Shown: positions 11,009-20,364 of the stretch, one piece after another
How the letters are laid out: each line of letters begins with the position of its first letter
Numbering within the stretch: the stretch's first letter is position 1
NCBI GenBank assembly: GCA_963743635.1
Contig: CAVUQO010000003.1
Span: 480,001-544,000 of the forward strand
DNA length: 64,000 bases
Reading direction: 5' to 3'
From: Candidatus Babeliales bacterium
Lineage (GTDB): Bacteria > Babelota > Babeliae > Babelales > Vermiphilaceae
The notes under the pieces: generated by a model
Databases searched by the model: none
Told to the model about the DNA's origin: nothing
What the model saw: only the letters and a program-made list of their open reading frames with translations
Program-made: the position numbers and the translations under genes

Positions 11009-11014
11009 GAGTGC

Positions 11015-12085
11015 ATGTATATGATCAAATTTCTTATTAAACGTCTAACCGTCGTCTGTTTTTGGACCTTTGTTTTATTTACGTTTTTATATAGCCCTGT
11101 GATTATGCGTTGGTTTCGTGAACGGGAAAAAAGCATTACGGTATTTACATGGCCATTAATTATTGATGCGAATTATATTGCGGCCTTCGAAAAAGAAACC
11201 GGCATCAAAGTGTATCTCAGTTATTATGAGAGCAATGAAGAATTGCTCACTAAGCTAAAAGCAACGCAAGGCGGAGGCTATGACTTGGTGATTCCTTCTG
11301 ATTACACCGTGGAACAGCTCATCAAAGAGCAATTGGTTAAAAAAATTGATATGAGCAAACTTGATTTTGTCGATCGTATTTATCCCTTTTTAAAAAATAA
11401 TTATTATGATCCGAATAACGAATATTCACTTGCTTATTTTTGGAGTGTGTACGGTTTAGGAATTGATCTCAGCACCTTTGACGGTCAAATCCCGGAAGCA
11501 TCGTGGTCACTCATATTCGATAAAAAATACATCAAGCCTGGCACGCGCATCGGCATGACCGATAGTGCACGTGAAGCGATTATGATTGCAACGCAGTATC
11601 TCTATGGATCGATTGACGCGCTTTCAAACCCAGGTGCACTTGAAGCCGTGCAACAGCTTTTGCTCAAACAAAAACCGTGGGTAGAAGTATATAGTGATGT
11701 CCGTTCGGGCGATTTACTGGCATCAAAAAGTTGTGCCGTGGTGGCCGCGTTGAGCCCTGATATTACGCGCCTTAAGAAAGAGTATCCCAATATTGTATTC
11801 GTGCTGCCCAAAGAGGGAAGCTTTATGCTGATTGATGCGTTTCTTATTCCTAAACATTCCCATAAAGAAGATCTGACCTATCAGTTCTTAAACTATTTGT
11901 ATCGCCCTGAAGTAGTGAAACATAATATTGAACGGTACGGATTCTGTTCTCCCGTCATTGACGTTACTGCCGATGGAGATATGGAATGCCCAATCGGCAA
12001 TCATGCCAAAAATCTTGAATTCTTCAGGAGCGTTATTCCTGAAGCGATGATCAATGATATCTGGATTTCTCTAATGGCTCATTAA
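11015..12085 (+). CDS. potD: Spermidine/putrescine ABC transporter substrate-binding protein
   Basis: FEKETGIKV, YESNEEL, GYDLVIPSDY, PKEG. Confidence 0.9.
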   Translation: MYMIKFLIKRLTVVCFWTFVLFTFLYSPVIMRWFREREKSITVFTWPLIIDANYIAAFEKETGIKVYLSYYESNEELLTKLKATQGGGYDLVIPSDYTVEQLIKEQLVKKIDMSKLDFVDRIYPFLKNNYYDPNNEYSLAYFWSVYGLGIDLSTFDGQIPEASWSLIFDKKYIKPGTRIGMTDSAREAIMIATQYLYGSIDALSNPGALEAVQQLLLKQKPWVEVYSDVRSGDLLASKSCAVVAALSPDITRLKKEYPNIVFVLPKEGSFMLIDAFLIPKHSHKEDLTYQFLNYLYRPEVVKHNIERYGFCSPVIDVTADGDMECPIGNHAKNLEFFRSVIPEAMINDIWISLMAH

Positions 12086-12088
12086 AAG

Positions 12089-12161
12089 TCCAGGGAACGC
12101 AACCTGTGCTAAGCCTGTGATCTTATAAGCCCCACTTGATTGGCCTTTCTGATGAATCTGA
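12089..12161. repeat. Repeat A copy 1 (second copy 14460-14532)
   Basis: TCCAGGGAACG...AAGCCTG...TATAAG..CCACTTGATTG.CCTTTCT.AT.AATCTGA aligned by eye. Confidence 0.85.
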
Positions 12162-12288
12162 CACGCGCTGAAGCACGTGGTATTCTGCGAAATAGAAATA
12201 ATGTTTTTGAGTATTGATTTTTATATTCATATTTTTTTAATCTTGGCCTGATAATAGTTAATTTTCATACCAATAAGGAAAAAAGCAT

Positions 12289-13152
12289 ATGAAGCTGTTA
12301 AGAAATATGATGATCGTGGCACTGGTGTGCTATGGGCAATCAGTGCTGGCCATGGATTTGAAAAAACTACAAAAGGATGTGAAAAGCGCATTGGGCATAG
12401 ACTCAAAAATGTCGCGTGAAGAGGTAGACAACATAAAAAAAATAGGCGAAGAGTTAAAGCTGCGCGTCGATGCAATAAAGAGCGATGGCCTCAAGAATGA
12501 GATAAAGAATATGACCGGGCCGAACCAACAATATCAGCTTGAACAGCTGGATATTCAAAGGATCGAGGATTACATCAAAACATATTTTAGTCGATTCGAT
12601 ACTGCTCTTAAAAACTTTAATGATGCTATTGTAATGCTTAAAGAAAAAAAGAACGAAAAAGCCGCAGAAAATATGCGGACACTTCTTTATAATCAGATAA
12701 AAATTGTGCTTGATGCAAAAAAACAAGAATTTAATGAGATTAAAAATGCATCTATAGCCAAATCTGAGGAAGCTAAGCAAAAACAACAAGAACTAGCGCA
12801 AAGAAATATAGAGGCTGCAAAACTAAAAAAAGAAGAACAGAAGAAACGAAGAGAAGAAGAACTAAAAATAAAAATGGCAAAAGAAGAAGAAGAACTAAAA
12901 ATCAGAGAAGAAGAAGAACAAAGACTCAGAGAAGCAGCAGAAAAGAATAAAACGCCAGAAGAAAAAGCAAAAGAGAAACAAGCACTTGAGGAAAAAATAC
13001 GTGAAAAGCAAGAATTGATTAATCGCTTGTCTGGCGCTCATGATTATATGTCGGAGCAACGTAGAAGAGATGCACAAGACACCTTAGAAAGACATAAAAG
13101 AAAGTTCCGTGAGAAATATGGCACTGATTGGGTGGAAAATACAAAAAACTAA
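12289..13152 (+). CDS. Secreted coiled-coil protein (tandem paralog 1)
   Basis: Signal peptide MKLLRNMMIVALVCYGQSVLA|MD; E/K-rich helices; promoter and 5' part closely similar to 13370 gene. Confidence 0.85.
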   Translation: MKLLRNMMIVALVCYGQSVLAMDLKKLQKDVKSALGIDSKMSREEVDNIKKIGEELKLRVDAIKSDGLKNEIKNMTGPNQQYQLEQLDIQRIEDYIKTYFSRFDTALKNFNDAIVMLKEKKNEKAAENMRTLLYNQIKIVLDAKKQEFNEIKNASIAKSEEAKQKQQELAQRNIEAAKLKKEEQKKRREEELKIKMAKEEEELKIREEEEQRLREAAEKNKTPEEKAKEKQALEEKIREKQELINRLSGAHDYMSEQRRRDAQDTLERHKRKFREKYGTDWVENTKN

Positions 13153-13170
13153 AGCAATCAGAACTCGCAC

Positions 13171-13236
13171 AATAAACTTTTAACGGTGTAATCAAAAACA
13201 GGTGGCCTTGGCTGCCTGTTTTGCATTTAAGGCATT
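13171..13236. terminator. Repeat B hairpin terminator (copies near 14380-14440, 15121-15160, 15381-15426)
   Basis: AAAACAGGTGGC-CTTG-GCTGCCTGTTTT after each gene of the array. Confidence 0.8.
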
Positions 13237-13369
13237 TTTCTTTATTGAATCGTGTTTTGTTCATAATATAAACGTGAAATAATGTTTTTGAGTATTGCTT
13301 TTCATATTCATATTTTTTTAATCTTGGCATATAAGAGTTAATTTTCATACCAATGGAGGAAAAAAGAAT

Positions 13370-14215
13370 ATGAAGCTGTTAAGAAATATGCTGATTGTGG
13401 CGCTGGTGTGTTATGGGCAATTAGTGTTGGCCATGGATTTGAAAAAACTACAAAAGGATGTGAAAGGCGCATTGGGCATAGACTCAAAAATGTCGCGTGA
13501 AGATGTAGAAAAAATAAAAAATTACGGCGAAAAGTTAAAGCTGCAGGTCGATGCAATAAAGAGCGATGGCCTCAATAATGAGATAAAGAATATGATCGGG
13601 CCGAACCAAATATATGACTTTGATAGGGTGGATATTCAAAGGATCGAGAATTATATAACAACATATTTTAGTCAATTCGATGTTGCGCTTAAAAACTTTG
13701 ATGACCATATTATAATGCTTAAGGAAAAAAAGAATGAAAAAGCCGCAGAAAACATGCGGACACTTCTTTATAATCAGATAAAGCTTGTGCTTGATGCAAA
13801 AAAACAAGAATTTAATGCGATAAAAAATGCAGCTATAGCCAAATCTGAGGAAGCTAAGCAAAAAAAACGAGAACTAGCGCAAAAAGATATAGAGGCTGCA
13901 AAACTAAAAGAAGAAGAACAGAAGAAACGAAGAGAAGAAGAACTAAAAATAGAAATGAAAAAAGAAGAAGAGAAAGAACAAATCAGAGAAGAAAAAAGAC
14001 GAAAAAACAGAGAAGAAAAAGAAAAAAATAAAACGCCAGAAATAAGAGCAAAAGAGAAACAAAAACTTGAGAAAAAAATACGTAAAGCGGAAGAAATTAT
14101 TGGGGCCTTGTCTAGGGCTACTGATTATCCATCAGAGCTACGTAGAAGAATCGTACAAGAAGAGTTAGAAGAAGATCTAGAAAAGTTCAACGAGAGATAT
14201 GGGACTGATAAATGA
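13370..14215 (+). CDS. Secreted coiled-coil protein (tandem paralog 2); likely continues into 14199..14384 after a frameshift
   Basis: Collinear with 12289; its ERYGTD end aligns with EKYGTD, and ENRKK of the next ORF aligns with ENTKN of paralog 1. Confidence 0.85.
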   Translation: MKLLRNMLIVALVCYGQLVLAMDLKKLQKDVKGALGIDSKMSREDVEKIKNYGEKLKLQVDAIKSDGLNNEIKNMIGPNQIYDFDRVDIQRIENYITTYFSQFDVALKNFDDHIIMLKEKKNEKAAENMRTLLYNQIKLVLDAKKQEFNAIKNAAIAKSEEAKQKKRELAQKDIEAAKLKEEEQKKRREEELKIEMKKEEEKEQIREEKRRKNREEKEKNKTPEIRAKEKQKLEKKIRKAEEIIGALSRATDYPSELRRRIVQEELEEDLEKFNERYGTDK

Positions 14216-14384
14216 AAATAGAAAAAAGGTGAAAGATATAGAATCATCTCTAAGATCTATAGTGGAAGACGCTCCTCATGGTGATATATTTCAAATAAGA
14301 CCATTGCAGGAAGAGTACAACAAGAAAGACTCTGAGATAAAAGCGCTTGAAAAACAACTACAGCAATTAAATATCGCAGAATAA
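14199..14384 (+). pseudogene. Out-of-frame C-terminal tail of paralog 2
   Basis: Ends KQLQQLNIAE*, echoed by out-of-frame KKLKQSELAQ* at 13143-13175. Confidence 0.6.
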
Positions 14385-14459
14385 ACTTTTAACGGTGTAA
14401 TCAAAAACAGGTGGCCTTGGCTGCCTGTTTTGCGTTTAATGCATATGTAACTAAGCGCC

Positions 14460-14532
14460 TCCAGGGAACGTACTCTGTGTTAAGCCTGCGGTCCTATAAG
14501 TGCCACTTGATTGACCTTTCTCATAAATCTGA
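14460..14532. repeat. Repeat A copy 2
   Basis: Aligns with 12089-12161. Confidence 0.85.
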
Positions 14533-14673
14533 TCTGTTAAATCGGCTCTAGTTGCCTGATTTGAATCAGGAATGGCCAGAATATGCCCTAAATCATTGAC
14601 TTTCGGCTTGCCGTTGTTGTAGGCTGGTAAATAATAATAGTATTAATCTTCATGCAATAAGGAGAAAAAGAAT

Positions 14674-15048
14674 ATGAAGATGTTAAGAAATATGATGATT
14701 GTGGCACTGGTGTGCTCAGGTGCATCGGCAATGGCGATGAGTGAAGAGGATAAGAGAGTGCAAGAACTTACTCATCAGATCGAGCAGGATGAACAAACTC
14801 TAGCCTCTTTGGGATATGGTGGTGAAGGGAGTTGGTCAAAGAACATTATCAAAAAGGCAATTGAAGAGCGTACGCCCGAGTTAAAGAAGCAGCTGAAACA
14901 AGCAATACAACAAGCAATCGCAGTAAAAGAAACTAGGATACAATCTTTGGGATATGGTGGTGAAGAGAGTTGGTCAAAGAACATCATTAAAGAACAAATG
15001 CAAAAGGATATAGCTGGCTTACAAAAGCAGCTTGCTGAACTTGAATAA
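14674..15048 (+). CDS. Small secreted protein with internal tandem repeat, same leader family as 12289/13370
   Basis: MKMLRNMMIVALVCSGASAMA|MSE; SLGYGGE(G/E)SWSKNIIK occurs twice. Confidence 0.85.
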   Translation: MKMLRNMMIVALVCSGASAMAMSEEDKRVQELTHQIEQDEQTLASLGYGGEGSWSKNIIKKAIEERTPELKKQLKQAIQQAIAVKETRIQSLGYGGEESWSKNIIKEQMQKDIAGLQKQLAELE

Positions 15049-15180
15049 GAATTATTTGGTGTAATATGTAAGGTCATTAATAAGCATTGAATTACGACTT
15101 TAGATTATATAAAGAATATAAAGACAGGTGGCTTTGGCTGCCTGTTTTGCGTTTAATGCATATGTAACTAAGCGCCTCCA

Positions 15181-15294
15181 GGGATCAATTACAATTTACG
15201 CTCGGAAGAATCCTCTAGATCACGAGAAAAGCGGAAACAAGCTCTCACTCAAAGATCAGCAGCGATCAACAAGGAGTTAGAAAAGCTCCAATAA
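15181..15294 (+). pseudogene. Orphan 3' remnant of a coiled-coil gene
   Basis: Start-less reading frame GINYNLRSEESSRSREKRKQALTQRSAAINKELEKLQ* followed by a repeat B terminator. Confidence 0.45.
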
Positions 15295-15514
15295 TCATTG
15301 CAATATAACAGGGTTCCATTAACCATTATTGACGTTGGCAATAGATACTGAAATTTCAAATGTGTATAGATTGTTACGAAGAAGCAGGTGGTCCAATCGA
15401 CTGCCTGTCTTGCGTTTAAGGCATTTATCGTCCATTTTATTGATTTTGGTACGAGCATTCCATTAGGTTTGTAACGTTAATATAATAATAATGCTTTTTC
15501 ATTAAGGAGTAACG

Positions 15515-16372
15515 ATGAAGAAAAGCATACTATTGGTGGCGCTGTTGAGCGTCAGTGGAATCGAAGCAATAACCTTTTTAAACATTTCGCGCCATGAGTG
15601 CAACGTTGAAAATACTGCAACCGGCAGGAGCTATACCATTGAACCCAAGAGCAGGCAAGAAATTCCAGGAACGGAATTCTCTGTGGTAGACTTAGCTTCG
15701 GCTCAATCAAGTGACCCGCTTGCAGGCATTACGGGTGTGGTTACCGTCATAACAAATGCAGAAGAACCTACAGCTGGCAAAAAATATCCGAATGTTGTGT
15801 ATGCAAGACCAGCGCAAACGGTCCTGGTTGTGGACATAGGTAATATTAGTGGGGGCAAAACGTATCTTAAAAAAACAACGACCGTTACACCCGTAACTCG
15901 TGAAGAAGCAAAACAAAAATATCCTGCCATGTTTGTACATGCAGAAGAAAAAACGGTCTCAGAAGAAAAAGCGGTATCAGCAGAAAAAAATATGAGAGAG
16001 TCAAAGAAAGACGTGGCAACGTTTTTGAATATTTCTAAAGATAAATCTATACGGGTACAGCCATTGCAAGAAGAGACAAAAGCTACGTGGGGGCATAGGG
16101 CATTAACGCTCATCTCTCCGCTCGGCCGGGAAAAAGGTACAGGTATTGCTCAAATTCAAGCTCCTGAAGAAGGAGGATCAGTTACTATAACTGCTGCTAC
16201 AAAAGATGGCGATATGATTGGTCGCATCGAAACATTCATACTTGAGGATGTAAGGCCTGGTGTTGCATATATAGTAGATGTAAAAGATGATGTAATTACT
16301 GCTACACCTATGATGGAAGTTCACGCTAAAAGACAGTATGGCAAATACTATAAAAATCTCTCTCAGGAATAA
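15515..16372 (+). CDS. Secreted protein with two internal homologous domains
   Basis: AGGAG SD, signal peptide; TFLNIS..VVDI..TPVTREEAKQKY repeated as TFLNIS..IVDV..TPMMEVHAKRQY. Confidence 0.8.
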   Translation: MKKSILLVALLSVSGIEAITFLNISRHECNVENTATGRSYTIEPKSRQEIPGTEFSVVDLASAQSSDPLAGITGVVTVITNAEEPTAGKKYPNVVYARPAQTVLVVDIGNISGGKTYLKKTTTVTPVTREEAKQKYPAMFVHAEEKTVSEEKAVSAEKNMRESKKDVATFLNISKDKSIRVQPLQEETKATWGHRALTLISPLGREKGTGIAQIQAPEEGGSVTITAATKDGDMIGRIETFILEDVRPGVAYIVDVKDDVITATPMMEVHAKRQYGKYYKNLSQE

Positions 16373-16424
16373 GCAAATTGAAGCACACAACAGGTTGAAC
16401 CCGTTGTGTCGCACAGAATTAATT

Positions 16425-16540
16425 GGACCCAGGCTACGCTAATACTTCGAAGTAATACCTCAGGAAGTGTTTTGCTTCGTCGGGTTCTATTCGCTTCCAT
16501 CCACACGCTAAAGCATGTGGTTTTTCGCGAATAGATAAAA
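16425..16540. repeat. REP-like nested palindromes upstream of metG
   Basis: GACCCAGGCTACGC...GCTTCGTCGGGTTC and CTATTCGC-CCACACGC TAAA GCATGTGG-GCGAATAG stems. Confidence 0.5.
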
Positions 16541-16543
16541 CCA

Positions 16544-16576
16544 GAAACGGGGGCTTCGATGAGGCCCCCGTTTCAT
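16544..16576. terminator. Intrinsic terminator
   Basis: GAAACGGGGGCTTC-GAT-GAGGCCCCCGTTTC. Confidence 0.7.
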
Positions 16577-16658
16577 TCTTTCGTCCGTATAGCAAAAAAG
16601 TCGTGCTCATGTTATTATGTTATGAACGATTTTTTGTTTCGAATTCAGGGATATTCTC

Positions 16659-18620
16659 ATGGCTGCAGAGCACAAATGGTATGTAACCACGCCGATTTAT
16701 TATGTTACGGCACGTCCTCATCTTGGTTCACTTTATTCAACCCTTATTGCTGACGTTATTACTCGTTATCATAGGCTTAAGGGCGACAAAGTCTTTTTCC
16801 TTACCGGTACCGATGAGCATGGGCAAAAGGTTGCGCAGGCTGCTGAAAAAGCAGGTAAAGCCCCCAAGGCCTTTGTGGATAGCTTCATAAATGCCTATAC
16901 CGATACCTGGAAATCCTATCATATTGAATACAATAAATTTATTCGCACCACCGATGATTATCACGTGCGAGCAGTGCAAGAGTGGCTCAAAGTATTAAAA
17001 GATAAGGGCGATATTTATAAGGCTCGCTATGAAGGTTGGTATTGCACGCCGTGCGAAACATTTCTGACCGAGACTGAAGTCCGCGAACATACTCCGACCC
17101 ATTCGCTACGCTCCGCTACTCAGGGCGAGCGGGGAGAAGTCCCCGTCTGCCCCTCATGTAGCCGCGCAACATCGTATGTGTCAGAAGAAACCTATTTCTT
17201 CAAACTCTCTGCATATCAAGATGCGCTTCTTGCATTCTATGAAGAGCATCCTGATTTTATTGTGCCTAAAGAGCGCTTTAAAGAAGTGATCAACTTTGTC
17301 AAAAAGGGTTTAAAAGATCTCAGTATCTCACGCACAACCGTGACGTGGGGTATTCCATTTTCGGATGATGAACATCACGTTACCTATGTCTGGGCTGATG
17401 CGCTCAACAACTATATTACCGGTGTTGGATACGGTCAGAAAGATCGAGAAAAAGAGTTCAATTTCTGGTGGCCGGCAGATGTGCATGTTATGGGCAAGGA
17501 TATTGTGCGTTTTCATGCAATATATTGGCCTGCATTTTTAATGGCATCTGGATTAGCATTGCCAAAACAGCTCCTCGTGCATGGCTGGATAAAAATGGAC
17601 GAACAAAAAATGTCTAAATCCCTTGGTAACGTCGTTGATCCGCAAGATTTATTACAGCGCTATGGCGCCGATCCGGTGCGTTATTATTTGATGCGTCAGA
17701 TGGCGATCACGCACGATGGCAATTTTAGTATCAAAGATCTTGAGCAGTCGATTTCGTCTGATTTGGCAAATGATTTGGGTAACTTACTCAATCGTATGGT
17801 GAGTCTTGCGCAGAAGAATGATCTCATGATCGTTCCGAAGGAAGCCGTCTGGTCAGAAGAGGCGCTTGGTTTGCGTGATGAGTGTTTGAACATGCTTGAA
17901 GATACGCAAAGTTATATGGATGAATACCTCTTTCATATGGCGCTTGCGCGTGTCTGGAAATTCATTCACCAAACGAACGTGTTTTTCCATTCTCGAGAAC
18001 CATGGAAATTGGTTAAAGAAGATCGTGCTGCCTTTAATCAGATCATTGCTGCAACGTGTCATGCGCTGCGCGCCGTTGCATACATATTGTGGCCGTTCAT
18101 GCCAGAAAAAATGGCTATCCTACTTTCTAGCTTAGGTCAATCTGCGGATTTGCATAATAATACGCTTGAACAGCTTGAACTCGGCTATTGGAATCAATCA
18201 TTCACTCTTACGCACATTGAGCCATTATTTCAAAAACCAGAACCTATAGAGGAAAACGTGGAACCAGTTAAAGAAATCGTCCCGGCGGTCGATGAAATCA
18301 CCATTGATGACGTGGTCAAAGTACATCTCGTCGTTGGTACTATTGAAGCATGTGAGCCGGTAGAAAAATCGGATAAGCTCTATAAAATGCAAGTTAATTT
18401 TGGCGATAAAGGTACGCGCCAAATTCTTGCAGGTATTCAAAAATATTATAAGCAAGAAGATCTGATCGGTAAGCAGGGCGTGTTTGTGTACAATCTCAAA
18501 CCACGCAAAATGGTTGGCTTAGAATCGCAAGGCATGATGCTCCTGGCTGAAGGTGCTGATGGCAATCTCCAAATGACCACCGTTGCCCACCCAGTACCGA
18601 ACGGTACTCGCCTGCGGTAA
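16659..18620 (+). CDS. metG: Methionine--tRNA ligase with C-terminal tRNA-binding OB domain
   Basis: YVTTPIYY, HLGS, TGTDEHGQK, YVWADAL, KMSKS, C-terminal NLKPRKMVGLESQGM. Confidence 0.97.
   Translation: MAAEHKWYVTTPIYYVTARPHLGSLYSTLIADVITRYHRLKGDKVFFLTGTDEHGQKVAQAAEKAGKAPKAFVDSFINAYTDTWKSYHIEYNKFIRTTDDYHVRAVQEWLKVLKDKGDIYKARYEGWYCTPCETFLTETEVREHTPTHSLRSATQGERGEVPVCPSCSRATSYVSEETYFFKLSAYQDALLAFYEEHPDFIVPKERFKEVINFVKKGLKDLSISRTTVTWGIPFSDDEHHVTYVWADALNNYITGVGYGQKDREKEFNFWWPADVHVMGKDIVRFHAIYWPAFLMASGLALPKQLLVHGWIKMDEQKMSKSLGNVVDPQDLLQRYGADPVRYYLMRQMAITHDGNFSIKDLEQSISSDLANDLGNLLNRMVSLAQKNDLMIVPKEAVWSEEALGLRDECLNMLEDTQSYMDEYLFHMALARVWKFIHQTNVFFHSREPWKLVKEDRAAFNQIIAATCHALRAVAYILWPFMPEKMAILLSSLGQSADLHNNTLEQLELGYWNQSFTLTHIEPLFQKPEPIEENVEPVKEIVPAVDEITIDDVVKVHLVVGTIEACEPVEKSDKLYKMQVNFGDKGTRQILAGIQKYYKQEDLIGKQGVFVYNLKPRKMVGLESQGMMLLAEGADGNLQMTTVAHPVPNGTRLR
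17088..17133 (+). repeat. REP-like palindrome inserted in frame in metG zinc knuckle
   Basis: CATACTCCGACCCATTCGCTACGCTCCGCTACTCAGGGCGAGCGGG encodes HTPTHSLRSATQGER between the two CxxC pairs. Confidence 0.7.
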
Positions 18621-18703
18621 GATTCCGATCATTGCGTATTATTCTTGAACTATTTTATAATATCCCAAAATAGTTGAGGCATGTACGTAATGGGGGGATC
18701 ATT

Positions 18704-20284
18704 ATGAAGTCCGTAAAAAGAATAAAATTGCTTTGTCTCTTATTGCTTGCGAATCACGGTCACGTGATGTACGCAGACAATTTGGTATTCACGGTCACAG
18801 CGCTGTGTGATGATGAATGCGAAGAAAATCTGCATGATACCTCTGCTCGTAAGAGCGATAGCGCATTATGCAGATCACGCAAGTCTGATGAACAGGCTGA
18901 ACGTCGTTATATCAATACGGTCACCGTTAAGAGCGTTGAGGCTCCTACGCTTGATTCCAATGGGAATTTAACCGAAGAATCGGCCAAAATTCTTTTAGCG
19001 CAAGCGTATAACGAAGGAAAATTGCAAAATTCCGCTTTTAAGGATATCAATTCTTTAAAGGTCACCGATATCAAGAGCCGGGAACAAGGTAATTTTACCG
19101 AACAACTTTTCCTGGTGGAATCTACTTGCGGCAATCCCGCAGAAAAAACATTTATTTTTAAGGGCATCGGTGAAGCTGATGAAATTGAGATGCTGGTGAA
19201 AGGATCTCGTTATGAAGATTTTCAGCCGCTTGTCTATCCGAATGCACAAGATGGGTATCCTCAAATAGTTTTCCCGTTGGCCTACTTCTCATACAAAGAT
19301 CAGCACGGCCGAATTCGATCTCTTTCTTTAATGAATGTTGCATCAGGGAAGAAAGTGTTAGCGCTTATGGGACACTTTGGCAGCATTTCGAGCGCTCAAG
19401 AACGTGAGTCTATGCATGGCATGATCAGCGCTGCCTATTTTCAGTTTGGTTCTCAAATGGCAAGATTCTATAGAAGGTATGCGAGATTCTGGCCTGGCGC
19501 GATTCCTATGGGTATACGGCATGGCGATCTGCATATCGGTAATGTTTTTTACGATCACGATAGCAAGCAAATAACGCTTATTGATAATAACCGTATCGCA
19601 AAAACCATAGGGCAACCAGAGAATGTGTGGCGAGATTTTGTGCCGTTATTAATAAGAAGAGAGCCTCGCGTAAAAATTGATGACGCGGTGTATGGAGAGT
19701 GGCTTTCTTTGTCAGTGCCAGGCTTTATGATTGGTTTTTTGAGTGCGTATCCGGCATCTGAGCAGCTGAAGGTTTTTGACGAAATTGAAAAGGGTATCTC
19801 ATCGTATCAAAAATATGAAAATACAAAAATGCGCTATCAAGTGGGCGTTGTGCATCAAGCATTGTATGCACTGGGTAAGAATATCAAGTCATGCTTGTAT
19901 GAAGGCGATATGCTTAAAAGGGTCAAAAAGTGGATGATCAAAAGACCCTTGGTAGCCAATGATGTTGGGGTGAATGCAAAAGGTGAGCATGGCGCAACGG
20001 TATTGCATGAGGCAGTTGAAGCGCATGAACGATTGATCGTGTGGCCGCTCATTGCAGCAGGAGCAGATCTGAATATGCGGGACAACAATGGTCATACACC
20101 ATTGCATATCGCAGCACGATGTAATAATACTGACGCCATAAAAATATTAGTTGCTGCAGGCGCTGATATGAATGCGCGAACGCGCAATGGCCATACGCCG
20201 CATGATGTGGCGGTAAGTAGCAAGAGCAAGGATGCGATTGCTGCATTGCGCGCCTTTGGAGCAAAAAAGGGCGCCGGGCGGTGA
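18704..20284 (+). CDS. Secreted kinase-like (APH/PKc fold) protein with C-terminal ankyrin repeats
   Basis: Signal peptide; FIFK, HGDLHIGN, LIDN; ankyrin motifs GATVLHEA, GHTPLHIAA, GHTPHDVA. Confidence 0.85.
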   Translation: MKSVKRIKLLCLLLLANHGHVMYADNLVFTVTALCDDECEENLHDTSARKSDSALCRSRKSDEQAERRYINTVTVKSVEAPTLDSNGNLTEESAKILLAQAYNEGKLQNSAFKDINSLKVTDIKSREQGNFTEQLFLVESTCGNPAEKTFIFKGIGEADEIEMLVKGSRYEDFQPLVYPNAQDGYPQIVFPLAYFSYKDQHGRIRSLSLMNVASGKKVLALMGHFGSISSAQERESMHGMISAAYFQFGSQMARFYRRYARFWPGAIPMGIRHGDLHIGNVFYDHDSKQITLIDNNRIAKTIGQPENVWRDFVPLLIRREPRVKIDDAVYGEWLSLSVPGFMIGFLSAYPASEQLKVFDEIEKGISSYQKYENTKMRYQVGVVHQALYALGKNIKSCLYEGDMLKRVKKWMIKRPLVANDVGVNAKGEHGATVLHEAVEAHERLIVWPLIAAGADLNMRDNNGHTPLHIAARCNNTDAIKILVAAGADMNARTRNGHTPHDVAVSSKSKDAIAALRAFGAKKGAGR

Positions 20285-20364
20285 GCTGAGACTCATAAAC
20301 TCTTGTAATTTGAACTCCTAATACTTTATACTCCCCAATAGAACTTACTATCTTCGGGGGGAGT

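Noticed and set aside
12089..15430. CRISPR array or integron attC cassettes
   Set aside because: Repeats are hundreds of bp to kb apart and behave as terminators or duplicated flanks; no clear RYYYAAC/GTTRRRY pairing; no cas or intI
16491..16533. IS200/IS605 element end
   Set aside because: Hairpin CCACACGC-TAAA-GCATGTGG is reminiscent, but there is no tnpA/tnpB or partner end; kept only as a repeat
16380..16658. T-box or SAM riboswitch before metG
   Set aside because: No T-box or SAM consensus recognised; hairpins fit REP-like repeats and a terminator
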